A stretch of DNA of 64,000 bases from Phoronis australis (GCA_002633005.1 NMRA01000058.1:958409-1022408); one strand, 5' to 3'; shown: positions 1 to 12,962, numbered from the stretch's first letter. A program made the numbers and translations. Notes: a model not told the origin generated them from the letters alone.

Positions 1-727
1 TTGTGGAAGGGGAACCCGACTTCGCCCCCCCCCCCTCCCCCACCCGACAAGTATGTAGATTTTCAGTTCCGTGGCTAATTTACAAAAATAATTACGTGCA
101 CATTATTTCTTTGGCTCACCCGATTATAGTCTTTTCGTGACTGTAGGTATAGTTTTCAACTCAAGCTGGTTTATGTTCGTGCCAGTCCGGGGCAGCGACA
201 GGCCTGATCGGGTTCCGAGCCACTGGCCGGGATAACAAGCGTTTTGTGTGTTTAAAAGTAAAAAAATCACAAGTCTAAACACCACAGATCTTAGTTCTTC
301 TGTCTGTATTTCACGGAAGTATACTTCAAATTTATTTCCAAACAGACCCCAGACTCCTGCTACGGACCTTGGTAAATTGGCCTGCCGAACTTTGTAGGCT
401 ACGGTGTGTCCAAATACCAATAAATCCGTAACAGCGACATAAGACAACACGTTTTTATAAGAAGTCATTGTATTTGTTAGGGTTTTATATCGAAGTTCGA
501 AGATATATTGGTGTTAAACGATGAATTCAAGCGATAAGCTGACACCACTAACCCGTGTTGTGAACTGCTGAACAGACTGCGTGTGAAACCAATTACGTCA
601 TTGGATATTTTCAACACCTCCGTCTGCCGTCAGGTGTCAGGTAACGCAACCGAACGTGCCGTTACCGAGTACAACTACTCGATCTAAATTGAAACAAAAT
701 AGGCTGTTTTTTGGGTGGCATTCTCCT
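1..727 (+). mobile_element. Kolobok/T2-like non-autonomous TIR element, family A (right part; runs off window start)
   Basis: Ends TTGGGTGGCATTCTCCT followed by TTAA (728-731). Colinear with ~16360-17041 and inverted-homologous to ~43898-44640. Confidence 0.8.
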
Positions 728-754
728 TTAACCATAGACATCTATGCCTTTAAC
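725..754. other. 14-bp near-palindrome CATAGACATCTATG flanked by 8-bp direct repeat CCTTTAAC (putative TIR-transposon footprint)
   Basis: CCTTTAAC at 725-732 and 747-754. Insert 733-746 = CATAGA-CA-TCTATG. Confidence 0.65.
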
Positions 755-2321
755 ACTATAGACGGGGCGCGCGCGCTACTGCAGCTGACACCTCGACGCC
801 ACATTGGAGAGTGTTTCTAGTTACGTGACACGATTAATGGCCGTGTAAACAAATGGGGCAAATTGCCCTTTTCAAAGCGCGATATCTAACACATAAAGAG
901 GCGGGAGAGTGTAGTTTTTTTCAGAAACATAAAAAACATGTGGTGCAGCACTTACATGCGTTTTTAAGAGTCAACCAGTCGATAGAATAAGGAAAAATAT
1001 CAAACTAAAAGAAGATCGCAACCAGTGGCAGATTCTCGAGTGGTGAGGCAGCGCGATTGTCAATGCACTGCGAGGGATTTAATTTTTTCGTTTTTTTTTT
1101 TGAAGAGAAACCTGTGAGATCGCACAAATTTATCATCTAATTCTTTTCGCTCGAAGTAAATACAGTATATCCAGGAGCATACAGGGACGTGCCGCTCACT
1201 CCGGTGGTACGTACTTTCGCGGTCCTCCAATACGCCTTTTCAGTATCGAAAAATGACCCGGGTAACTTTTTAGTATTAAAATATGACCCGGGTCGCTTTT
1301 ACTGGAGTCTAAATTCAATGTGAACCACTGTGAAAAACGACCATATTCGGGTAATATAAATAAATGACAGGTTTTCAAGGTTCGTTAGGACGTTATCCCA
1401 TTCAGCGACTTTACCAGACACAGAGCGGTTGCGAGCGTGTGATAACATCTAGCTCCTAGACCTAACTGCCGAGCACAATCTTTTGTCTACCAGCCGTATT
1501 ACCGATCACATGTGAACACAGTGAAACCCAGTGCGTTGACGTTAGGACAGAATATACTGTTTTAACTTCTGTTGTAGTTGGGCGATTTTGGGGATTCAAA
1601 AAATTTAAGCATGATCAGTATTTGATGAGGAATTCAGAAATGTTATTGGTTAATGTTCAAACATTTTGTAACTTAACTTATTTTTAACAGCATAAGCCAG
1701 TCAGGCTAGATACGATCTTATCGGAGATTAGAGCAATCAATTACCGAACGAAAGAAAGCCGACCCTCCAACCCTAAATGCCACAATAGACTTAATCAGTC
1801 GTCAGATATTGGCTAACAGCGGTCCGTTCAACTTGTTGTGCTATATATCAGAAAAAGTTGTACTCAACGCCGTAATGTAAAAAGCAAAGAACAAAGACAT
1901 CCTTTGTTATGATACAACAGAAACTATCGGATTTTGGAATCCATATTAAGAAATGAGTTTTTAAAGAAGTATATATTTCAATAAACAGCACGTTATTCAC
2001 TTAGATGAACTGATTTGGATGGCTGGCGAGTAAGTTCGGGCATGCCGATGTTGTTTTTCAGTCGGCCTACAAGCAAAAACACATACGATTGTCATTAATA
2101 CCAAAATACTTAAGTACAATGAACAAACAGCAGCATCATTGGATAACAATATATGCTGGTCAATAATTATTTTTTGAATTGATCTTATACGGTCTCAATC
2201 ACAAATGCTGAGGTGGAAACAACGTATGGTCACTCCTCTTGAACTGTGGTGGCAGAACTTAAAAAACAAGTGTCAGCACCACTAAACTCCATGGCAGAAC
2301 CAAAGAACCTATGAGTCAATG

Positions 2322-5131
2322 TAGACCGGGGCTGAACCTGGATTTGCCAGATAAAGTCTTTTCCTTGCTAATTCATGTAGCATAGGGTTAAGTAACCATG
2401 ATTTAGGAGAGTGACCGTTCGCAACCCTTGAGCATTTTTAAAATATGCAAATTAAAGTCGCCATTATGCAAAATTCTATTTTTGCTTATAATTTCCTTAC
2501 TAAGCACTGCAGGCAGATAATTTTGACGTTTTCACCCATGTTTTCATGGTGAGTGAATTTAATAGTGCAAGTTTTTTGGTGGATATATTGTCAATTTAAA
2601 TAATTTATGCAAATTAAGGCCGCCATTATTCAGAAATCTTCTTGTGCTTATAGCTACAGTACCAGGCACCACAGATGAACTATCATGATATTTGCACCTA
2701 CATATTTATGGTCAATTAGTTTAATGAAATCGGATTGTATGTTTTTGCATGATGAATATGCATAATTAATGCAAATTTGCATAATTAATGCAAGTTAAGG
2801 GTGCCAGTGCTCAAAATTCTACTTGTGTTTAGAGCTACGGCATCAAGCACCACAGGTAAATTCTCATGATAATTAAACCTATGTTCCTACAGTCAATACG
2901 GTTAATGAAATCAATTTGAAAGTTGCATGATAAATTTGCATAATTTATGCAAATAAAAGCGGCCATTATTAAAAATTTCTTTTTGCTCGTAACTTTCTTA
3001 CTTGGGGCATCACATGAAGATTATTTCGGTATTTTTACTGATGAATGTCATTACATCACAAATATTAATTAATCTGTAATTTATTACACAACGTTACAAA
3101 TTCTAGTTTTGTCTGATACCCAGGGTAGATCTAGTAGATGACCAAATTGTCTAATTGCATAAACTCAGGACAATAACCTATTGAATGGAGAACAATCAGA
3201 ATATGTTTCAAGTGCTAATTCAACACTCAGAACGTGAGCACATTATAATATAACATGCCCAAAATATATTGTTCGAGGTAGCAAACTGATGCGGCAGCTG
3301 TGTCTACATGTACTTGAATTTCATGGAATCTGACCTTTTCAGCCACTTCTCAACATGACCAGTATGCAGTAAGGGCGAGTTGGACACCATGCGGAATTAT
3401 AGATGGTGAGAGTGATTTGTTCATGGCATTTTTCTTCCATCCATAGCCCTCTGGATCTAGTGCTGGAGACATTCCACCACATGACCGACTGGTAATGGGC
3501 TCTGTCTACGTATACATTCTCTATGAATGCCTCTGTTGTCGGTAACAGTTTGGGGGCGGACATATGGGCAACGGATCCTTGCCGTTTTTCTTCCCCATGC
3601 TAGTAGTCTGGTTCCTGACATCCTCCTGATTCTCTTCATTCCAAAACAGACACACATACATTTTGTGTCGTGTTTTATGACATCTGAAATTGTGCATTAA
3701 TAGTGACGATGGCAGACAGGTCATGTCCAGCCTTTTCTTCTGTGTGTAAGGTTTCAGTACAAGATCTAATGTTACCGCTGATCTCCATCTCTCCAAGGCC
3801 TGTTTCAGTCTTTTAGGACAAATGGCAACTTGTGCCCAGAGTCACTTCTTTGAGGGCAATTCCCTACTATGCCCCCACTACGGTATTCGTACCTCATCAA
3901 TGTGGTCCCTATAAACTGATCGCTCCGAGCCCCATTCCAGCATTCACCCAGGTCATTAAACTAATCTGCATTTTTTCATGGCAATAAACAAGGTATCAAA
4001 CTGCACAGCACACACTACACAAAACAGTTTCTTACTTCATCTTCAAAAAAGAGAGATTTTGCAAACTTGTCATGCTACAACCTACAAACAGATTTCATTA
4101 AATTAATTGACCATAGAAACACGGGTACAAATATTTATAACTAACCTCCGGTGTCTGATGCAGCAGTTCTAAGCAGAATTTCGAATATGGAAGCTGTTAT
4201 TTGAGTAAATTATCAACTATGCAAAATCATGATGATAATGAAAACATGAGATATATTGGAAAATAATCAACATGTAATAACCGTAAGGAAATTATGCGCA
4301 GAAACAGTATTTGGAATACTGGTGTCCTTTATTTGTATAAATTATGGAAATACATCATGCAACAGCTTGCAAACTAATTTCATTAAATTAATTGACTACA
4401 GAAACAGGGCTGCAGACGGTAAGACCGTTTACCTGGGATGCCTGGTACTTCAGCTATAAGCAAAAATAGAATTTTGAATAATGGCGGAATTAATTTGCAT
4501 ATATTATACAAATTCACGATGTATCCACCAGCAAATGAGCCCCATTAAATTCACTGACCATGGAAGCATAGGTGAAAACATTAACGTATCCCATCTGCAG
4601 TGCTTGGTAAAAGCGTTTTAAGCAGATATAATTTTTGAATAATAGTGGCCTTAATTTGCATTAATTGTGCAAATTTATCATGGAACAATATGCATGATTT
4701 CATTAAATTTATTGGACATAGGAACATAGGTGCAAATGTCATGATAATTCACCTGTGATTATTGGTACCATAACTACTAGAACAAGTAAAATTTTGAATA
4801 ATGGCGGTCTTAATTTGCATAAATTATGCAAATTCACTACGTATCCACCAGAAAACTTGTACTTTTAAATTCGCTGACCATGGAAAAAATGGGTGAAAAC
4901 ATCAAAATAATCTGCTTGGTGCTCTTAGTAAGGAAATTATATGCAAAATCAGAATTTTGCATAATGGCTGCCTTAATTTGCATATTTAAAAAAAGTGCTC
5001 AAAGGTTGCGAACGGTCACCCCTCCTCCCCTAAATCATGATTAGCTATGCCTAGGCTACACGAAACAGCAAAGAAAAAAACTTTATCCAGCAAAACCACG
5101 TTAAGCAAAAACAGCATTTGGGGCAGGACCA
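2322..5131 (-). mobile_element. Academ-type foldback DNA transposon with long sub-repeated TIRs, internally deleted
   Basis: ~2330-3050 is the inverted complement of ~4430-5110 (e.g. GTGACCGTTCGCAACC vs GGTTGCGAACGGTCAC). Each arm has about four ~160-180 bp subrepeats. Termini TAG.../...GGACCA. Central transposase relic. No clear TSD seen. Confidence 0.75.
3230..3900 (-). pseudogene. Frameshifted Academ-like transposase C-terminal fragment
   Basis: Stitched minus-strand frames read CVCFGMK..MSGTRLLAWGRKTA / SAPKLLPTTEAFIENV..RAHYQSVMW, matching the LPPT..AF..NV.RAH.Q..IW motif of this transposase family. Confidence 0.7.
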
Positions 5132-5199
5132 AGAAACTCGGGCATAACACTGCGAGCCCCCGGATTTCCTGACTGATGCCGTAGGGCTCTCAGTGTTAT

Positions 5200-5300
5200 C
5201 CGACATTTTTGTCCTGTGACACTTTCGAATATGGCGTCATATTGACAACGCGAGTTTCATGTATCTGAGTGGCGCGCGACCGGTCTATGTGATGTCTATG
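5200..5300 (-). mobile_element. Terminal fragment of a CATAGAC-ended (P-like) TIR element
   Basis: Reverse complement begins CATAGACATCACATAGACCGGTCGCGCGCC and resembles 733-815 (CATAGACATC...CACTATAGACGGGGCGCGCGC...GACGCCACATTGGAGAGTGT). Confidence 0.4.
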
Positions 5301-5954
5301 GAATTAATCGTCACTCTAGTCTTATTTTAACATTTACCTCGCAATATTAAGGCGACCCCTTCCATCCAGGGCCCTCTCTCGGAGGGGCGGTCAGAGGAAA
5401 TTGTCCCTTTTTCCTCTAAAAATCCATGCATCACTGCTATCTACTCACGTGAGGATGAAGATAAGACTCCAAATTTATCGAACACACACAACAAATTCAT
5501 GAAAAGCAGAGCAGTATCAAGACGTTCGTCTCAAACAACGAAAACTGATTATTAAAAAACAATAAGATAGACAGCAATCGAAAGGATGAAAGTTTGAACA
5601 ACTTGAAGAGCACAATTTGAGAATTGCATAATAAGAATATTTCCGACGGTTTTTATGATATTGGTGAAATGTCGATACTTTTTGGCCCATTATCATCATA
5701 AGAATAGTGTTTCTTTTGAAGATCGTTGCTGAGTTGTTTGTAAGAAACTCCGACCAGGCTGTCGGTGATACGATTTTTTGATGACCGTGTACAGAATGAA
5801 TGTCTAACCGATAAGGTACTCAAAGTACTGAACATGTACTGACAATCATAAATAGAGAGTTCAGGAATTTTTGGAGTTCATTTTCACTTGATTTTCGGTA
5901 CTGCAATGTTTGGATTCCTTAAGAAAAATCACCGACTCACAATACTTAGCCCAT

Positions 5955-6510
5955 GCACATTCTCAGCAGCAAAACCAGTGTTTTGCTGCAATGGATTCCC
6001 TCCCACTGCGACATCAGTGTCAACGAGGAAGCAGACAGACTCTCCAAGGCAGGAAGCAAACTGGAGCAGACATCGCACCCATCATCATATGGAGAAATAA
6101 AAACCCTCCTACGAAGTCACTTTAGAAATGCCTGGAGGGCACGCCTACATCTGGGGACTGAAGAAGACTATATCCACCAGCTTGACCGGCAGGAAAAGTC
6201 ACTATCTTCAGGCTAAGAACCGGCCACTGCCAGCTGCTCTCCCACATGCATCGCCTGAAAATCTCTCACACAGACGAGTGCCTCTGTGGCACCGGCCCCC
6301 AGACACCTGAGCATTTACTGCAGAGCTGCCCTACGTTCGATTCCCTAAGGCGCCAGACATGGCCCAGTCCGCGCGGTGGAACTCAAAGTAAAACTGTGGG
6401 GCCCAACGGCATCATATCATTGCGGCGAACTGCGGACTTCGCCCAAAAGACCAGACTGACTATCTAAGCTACAAGGCCGGGAACGCTGAAGAAGAAGAAG
6501 AAGAAGAAGA
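5955..6510 (+). mobile_element. 5'-truncated non-LTR retrotransposon, I group (Ingi/Nimb-like): RNase H C-terminus, zinc knuckle, (GAA)n tail
   Basis: QWIPSHCDISVNEEADRLSK (RNase H), RLRTGHC, CLCGTGPQTPEHLLQSCP. (GAA)n at 6488-6510. TSD AGCCCAT at 5948-5954 and 6511-6517. Confidence 0.9.
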
Positions 6511-7282
6511 AGCCCATTAAAATCCAATATGCAAAATGTTAGAAATACTTCTGCTTGTTGTCACTTTTAATGCATCCTACTTAAAAATATATTTCAAGTT
6601 TTAAACAACCAACTTCCACATTGCTTTCAAAACAATCCCATTTGGTATCACAATGAACCGAAACAAGAGAAAAATTAGAAATTATTGTTTTCCAGTATTC
6701 TTTTTCGTCAATTTCTGCAAGTGTCGCTACTCCGAGAGCTTTCATTGTTACTTATCACAACTATAATCCTTTACTTTAAGACTCCATTTTGCATATCAAT
6801 CACGGCAACATTGTTTCATATTCCTAGCAAAATAAGATAGATTACCCTCTTCAATTCTAGATGAAACAAGCACCCACTCACTTGCTGGACTTGGAACAAA
6901 ATATTATGTACTTGTTGTACAACGGGAGAAGACAGTGTGGCCTTGTAAGATAAGTGTCCGCTTCCCTTACTCAATTTTGTGGGTTCCAGTCCCCTGGAAC
7001 AAACTGCCAGACTCTTAAACCATGTCTCTAGCTCCTCACCTAGGTGCAAATTATATAATAATAAAGCATAAACATCAGGTTCCAGGTGATCAGTACAATG
7101 GGCCCACCTGAGAGGCTCGTGCAAGCCTTGTACAACGTGCACAGGTACTAGACAGCCTGCAATATTTTTTTATCTACCATGCAATGACTCAAGCTCGTTC
7201 TCCTACACCTACGTCTACCGCGAATACGAATTACACTATTACACAGAAGCACTATGCGACATTTTTGCACACATAGACTCAC

Positions 7283-7330
7283 GTACATACATACACCAGC
7301 ACACGCACACGCACACGCACACGCAAACAT
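7283..7330. repeat. (CA)/(GCACAC)n microsatellite
   Basis: Direct reading: cacacgcacacgcacacgcacacgca. Confidence 0.85.
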
Positions 7331-7419
7331 ATGTACAAACTTCATTTAGGGAGCCTTCACATTAACAATTGGCTTATCGTGTCGAGTTTACATATGTAGT
7401 ACCCGTTTATTCATTTTTA

Positions 7420-7510
7420 TCCCCTCTCTCCACTCCCCCCTCTCTCCACTCCTCTCCCCCCTCTCTCTCTCCCTCCCTCCCCCCTCCTCCTCCTCCGCCA
7501 CCTCCCTCCC
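7420..7510. repeat. C/T-rich polypyrimidine low-complexity tract
   Basis: Run of ccct/cct units. Confidence 0.85.
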
Positions 7511-7779
7511 GGTTGCCTTGCCATGGCGAAGCGCTCGCCCCCGGGGTCCTGTCTATGTTTTGTAATTCAAGATGGTACATTTATCGTTCTGAAAAAAAAA
7601 AGTCTGGCAGATTAGTCGCCTTTTTTTTCATCGAAGACTTCGTAATGTGACCATAAAACTCACAACGTCTAATTATTAGTTATAGGGTAAGCCTATATTC
7701 TTACCTTTTTTAATAAGCCAGTCACCACTCCTATCAGCAACTGACAGCCAGGCAAAAGCGCCATCTATTAATTAAGATA

Positions 7780-7892
7780 TGAATTGCGGTGTAAGAAGTT
7801 CGCGCGAAACGTGTCGCCACATTGTCGAGGCCTTGCGCCGTGTGTAAAGCTCTTGTTGAGTCTTTGAGGTTTCTCTTGAAGTTCAGGTATGT
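7780..7892 (+). promoter_or_regulatory. Candidate CpG-rich promoter / non-coding first exon with splice donor
   Basis: Locally CpG-rich. Palindrome TTCGCGCGAA (7799-7808, E2F-like). Consensus donor CAG|GTATGT at 7886/7887. T/G-rich sequence follows. Confidence 0.25.
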
Positions 7893-8879
7893 ATTAGAGT
7901 GTCACCATGGTTGTCTATTTTCGTTTAGGCGAATTCGCTGCGAAATTTAAAGGCCTCGTTGGTGAATAATCATGCTTTGGTGTCCATGCTTACACTCTCG
8001 GCCCTTGGCCTCTGGCTTGTTGACATTTCATTGTCATTGATTGTGTTGGACTGGAACTGGTCTGAGTGTTCGACAACGTTTAGTTTGCCGAATGCCTACA
8101 TTGCGCACGTTGACAATAGATTGCGTGTGTATATCCAGTGTGTTGTTGTTTGGTTATCATGTTTTTAAACATGTTTTCTTGTTGTTACTTGTTTTGTTTT
8201 TAGTAAGCCTAATGTTTGTAGGCCTACACTTTTACCGCAACTACGTGTTGAAGGGCAATTCTGTGAAAGGTCAAGCCAGAAACAAAAAAATAAAAGTGTG
8301 ACCATATATTAACGTTTCCTGTCTCACCTGGATGTCTTTACCTCAACTTTCAGATCCTATATTTGAATTTTCTGTAACTGCATTTTTTTGCTATGTGATC
8401 CATTTTTGGAGTCTGGTGACCCTAAATAATTACCCTGATTTTTATGTATGTTTACTAATTCTTGTAATTAATAATTAAACTATGAAAATATCAAGTGCTA
8501 TATGTTATCAATTTTTTGCAATGTCACGAAGCCTAAACTATCAAAAATCATGCCACATCATTGACTTTCTGAGATGTTCGACGTCCATCACAAAAAAGTG
8601 CTAAATAGTTTCGATACATCAAAAGTTTTCAATTAAAATCTAATGTCAGATTCTCTTTTACTTTATAACACTTATAGTTATATGATGGAAGGCTCTCTCT
8701 GTGTGCAAAAGCATAGAATAAATAATGGGAAACCACCCGTTTCATGGCTGCTTTTTAGTCGGGGACTCGAAGGTATGCAGTACAATGCACTGTGTTAGCT
8801 TGGTAATCCTGGTACCGAGGTTTTTTGTAGATAAGCCCATGGGCGTATATTTGGAAAATGAAAATTTTCAGGCATTTCA

Positions 8880-9245
8880 GTTACACCAAATAAACGCCCG
8901 GGCGTTTATTCGGAAAGGGGGCGTGTAACCGGAAAGTCTTAGCCTCGGCTGATTGAAAATATCACTGATTTTTTGCATAAAACAATGTTTTTTAGTTTTA
9001 AGTTAATAAATACATAGTTCTCCAACACTTTGTTCATTTTTATTGATGATAAATGCTCTCCAAAACTGGATTTGTGGCTAAATGTTGGCGCTAAGTGGGG
9101 TTTTTAAGATGACATTTTTTCGAATAAATGCCCCACTATCTTGGCTGGACACTTGATACCAGAAGTTGTGACACCAAATAAACACCCATGGGCATTTATT
9201 CGGCATAATTTTCATAGTAAATGCCCATGGGCATTTCACCGAATG
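8880..9245. mobile_element. Degenerate pogo/Tigger-like MITE fragment
   Basis: Repeated AATAAACGCCC / GGGCGTTTATTCG subterminal motifs, like those of the element at 60758. Confidence 0.45.
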
Positions 9246-9754
9246 GGCTCATGTAGAGAAAATCCTAGTATGCTTTTGTTTTTGTTTCCACCAGCAATAT
9301 TGACCCATCCTGTAATTTCGAGAATGATGCATGTACGCATTGCCTGTAACTGTAGTTGCCGGCTCATTCTGCAACAATCTGGTGAGTTAAATCTTGTTTT
9401 TAGACCCGAGAGTGCTTCCCTTATCAATTTAACATTATCAGCTGAAACAGCCACGAAATGTCTCTAATTTCTTGACAAGACTTTTCACCAACTATTTTTC
9501 TTGAGCTAAAATCAATGCATGGCATTTCCAGTTGCAGTTGTTTTTCACGTTGAGTTCTTTAATAGTAATCTGTGAGTGCAGAAAAGTACTTGGCGGCATG
9601 GGAGGGAGGAGGATGGGTGGGGTCATTCTGGTTGTCATCTGCCTGTGTACTTGGTATGGGCTGGGCTTTCTTGTTGCGGGTTCTCATTGATTACTGTTGG
9701 GTATGTAAAAGGTATTTATCATAATCTATTTTGCCTGGGGTACACGGCGAGCTA

Positions 9755-10400
9755 TGTTGCAGAGTAAAACAAGATGAAGATTGCAGATAATGGCATTTAT
9801 TATGACGTAAGTAGAAGAAATGAAGAAGACTCTGCAAGATGGGCATTTGTTTATACGTTTATATGTTCATATTGTATTGTTCATCGGAGCACAACAATAA
9901 ACAGTTTCTGGTTCTTGACACAATGGTGGTCAGTTACATTTACGTAAGGAAGCGGTTGAGCATATCAGACAACATCGTCGCGACTACTGCACTGACACTC
10001 GAACAATTTACATAAGTTTCTAGCGCCCGAACCCTTGAAACAGGGTAGAAACCTGCCGGAACAATGGAAAAGATTTCGGAGGAATTTCGAAATTTTCTTG
10101 ACAGCCACAAACCGAGACAAGCCAGCGGACAAAGTCAAAGTGGCTCTGCTTCTGAGATCAATAGGTGAATATGGGAATGATATACTTGACTCTTTCAAGT
10201 GGGAAGCAGAAACAGACAAAGAAGACCTAGCAAAGGTACTGGAAAAGCTTTCAGGGTTTTTGTAACCCATGGATGAAGTTGTGGCCCAGACACATAAATT
10301 ACTCACTTTACGTCAAGGCAGTAGGTCTATAGACGTCTATGTAACTGTACTGCATGCGGTAGCGCGTGACTGCACGTTTCCCACTGAGACGTACGACCGG
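9755..10400 (+). mobile_element. Gypsy-like LTR retrotransposon relic: short LTR, PBS and gag N-terminus
   Basis: TG..CA LTR ~9755-9922 with AATAAA near its end. PBS-like TGGTGGTCAG at 9924-9933. Gag reads PEPLKQGRNLPEQWKRFRRNFEIFLTAT..KVALLLRSIG, then after a frameshift LRQGSRSIDVYVTVLHAVARDCTF. Confidence 0.85.
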
Positions 10401-10777
10401 CGTGCACATAGAAATGCCCTTAGTAGTGGAACAAAAAGAAAAAATTAAGAAAAGCCTGAAGGGCACAACAGATATTTTTTAATAAAAAAATGAAACAAGC
10501 ACCCAGGATGGAGGGTGGGAAAAACACTGAGAAAAACATAGAGGTCATGTGGACAAGAGGTAGGTGGCTGAATGAACTAGACCAGGATATATTGATTAAA
10601 GGAAATATGAGTGACCAATCAGGTGTTGAGTAGAGAGGTGTATGAATACAAAAGTAGAATTCAGAGGATATAAATAGAAACGAGTTATGTAAAATAAACC
10701 CTAAGGGTTGATATAAAAATATAAGTGAGAAATGTCAAAATACTGATAAATGCAATTAACAAGATTAGTTAAATTTA

Positions 10778-10913
10778 ATTTATCGTAATCTATAGATTTT
10801 GCCTGGGGTCCGCTAAGAGCTATGTTGCAGAGTAAAATAAGATGAAGATTGGAAATAACATCATTTATCATGACGTAAGTAGAAGAAATAAAAATACTCT
10901 GCAAGATGGGCAT
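10778..10913 (+). repeat. Diverged direct copy of 9713-9846 (upstream flank plus 5' part of LTR)
   Basis: TTTTGCCTGGGG..GAGCTATGTTGCAGAGTAAAA..GACGTAAGTAGAAGAAAT..CTCTGCAAGATGGGCAT occurs at both sites. Confidence 0.85.
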
Positions 10914-10929
10914 GGAAATATTGTCTTAA

Positions 10930-11836
10930 AGAGTTCTCACCATGACTCTATGTCTCAAAAAGAATTTTATTTATACGTCTTAAGAGACTTAATAGCCTTT
11001 AGTAGAACTGTTGCCAAGAAACGAACCAACCAAAAATTTCAAATAATATTTTTCTGTTATCGGGGTAATGTACCTAATGGGCGGAAAACCGCCGCTGTTG
11101 TTTTTACCAGTGTCATACTGAGGAGTTGTGAGAAGTGTCTTCAGATAGCTGCCATTTTCAGACATGAAAAGGTGCATTTGTGGAGGCCGTAGTAACAGCA
11201 ACTCTGTGTTCAAATTGCTTCCATTCTTGGGCAAGTGATGCTAGGCCCTCGACCCCAGCCCAGGTCGAATGCTATGACATGAAGGTTTATGGAAATTGTG
11301 TTTAGACCCGTCTGGCAATAGTGAATACGAGTGACCCAGGTTTCCTACATGTCCTTTGTCAGTGATTGTCAAGAGCCTATTTTGTGAATATTGGCCATTG
11401 CTTGGTTCAGTTGGTTTGTGGCTCACACATGTCTGCGGCATTTCTCGTGCAAGCGGGTTGAGTTCATAGCGAACGAAATTTCGTTCGCTAAGTGGGAAAT
11501 CAAATTCATTGTCTTATTCTTCAAGTACTTGAGTGTGATGCTCATATGCACTGTTCTCACTGTCTGCAGTAATAATTGTCCAGTTCTCGCTCAAAATCAT
11601 CCTTGTCTTCTAATCTACTTTGTTTTGCCATTGCAATTGATTGTCAAGTTACCAAACGTCTTCCACCCATTGCATCATTTGGCGGGAAACTTGTAAATAC
11701 CTAATTTTTCTTCAAAATTAAAAAAATTCACAACTATTTGGCACGAAAAGTTCTTATTTAGTTAGATTTTATGGTATTCATCTCATATTAGCAAACTGAA
11801 GCCTCAAAAACTAATAAAATGCATGGTGGGAACTCT
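10930..11836. mobile_element. Kolobok/T2-like MITE (second TTAA family)
   Basis: 15-bp TIR AGAGTTC(T/C)CACCATG with one mismatch. Flanked by TTAA (10926-10929) and TTGA (11837-11840). Confidence 0.7.
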
Positions 11837-12962
11837 TTGAAGTCTAATTTGCGGTTGAATTAGAGCGGCTTACTAAAGTCTTTCTAGCCAACGAAAAACA
11901 TTTGGATTTGTAGTTTTTGACAAATTTACTGTAATCTTGTGCAAGAGGATACATAATGGCCGGGTATTTTCATTATCCAACGGCGTGTCCTTACCGTTTT
12001 CAACTTAAAGCCTAACTTCAATGGAATTTTGTTATTTCAGATGTATTGGGCTAACCACATAGTTTTAGATCAAAGCCTATAGTAAAATAAAAAAACACAA
12101 ATTCAATGACGCAAATGTAAGCCCGTTTAATGATAAGTGAAGCTGCCTTTTCGTGCCATGTTGCGTTACCGCGAGATCCCAGCTCAAACAACAAAAGGCC
12201 GATAACAGTTGTATCGAATAGGGGTCTGAATAGAGCACCATTGCGTGTAGGTGTTATTCGCAGCGGTTTGAATTAAAAGGTGGTTCTCGCAGTGATGTAG
12301 ACAAAAGCAAGCCAATATGCCTAACAGTTTGTTACATTTGGCAATTTATGGCACTAATGGGCTCAGAGCAATGCTCTGCTCTTAACATACTGAGTAGGAA
12401 CCAAATTTACAGGTGATACCATTCATGGTAGGCTTGAAGGTTAACACAGCCTCAGGTGAGTGCTGGCAGTTCTTGCTCCGTGATGTTCGTTTTCTTCCTC
12501 ATTGGCGGGAAGAAAACGTGGCTGGACGTATCTTGTAATTTACAGATGTGTATGAAAACTAATGGAATCCTCATCAGCGGAAGAAATACGTCACCTTTTT
12601 GGTATTTTCAAACAAAACCGCTGATATGAGGATACTTTAATCTCCGCAGTGTTCTCCACAACAGAAAATTAAATCTTGACTGAAATACAAACTGGTTGCA
12701 TATAGGCCAAACTCGTCTCGACAAAATTCAAACTCAACGCAGTGACGAGTCAAAACAGGTTGTGGAGAACACTGGAAGGGTGCACTTGAGGGGTCATGAA
12801 GTCTCAGCTTTCAGTTTTTGCATATCACATAGTTGTAACTTTTGAGGGGATGAAAGATTGTGACTTTTTAAAAAGTTTAATGCAATAAATTACCATTCTG
12901 TAGTGGTTATAACTCATGTCTTAATTTAAAGTACAAAAGAATTAATATGGGAGACCTCTATG

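Noticed and set aside
124-468. Recurring peptide (TDLLVFGHTVAY.VRQA), also at 44175
   Set aside because: It reflects MITE family A copies. The frame is not conserved between copies and has no transposase motif.
7369-7650. Proline-rich ORF
   Set aside because: It is the translation of a C-rich low-complexity tract.
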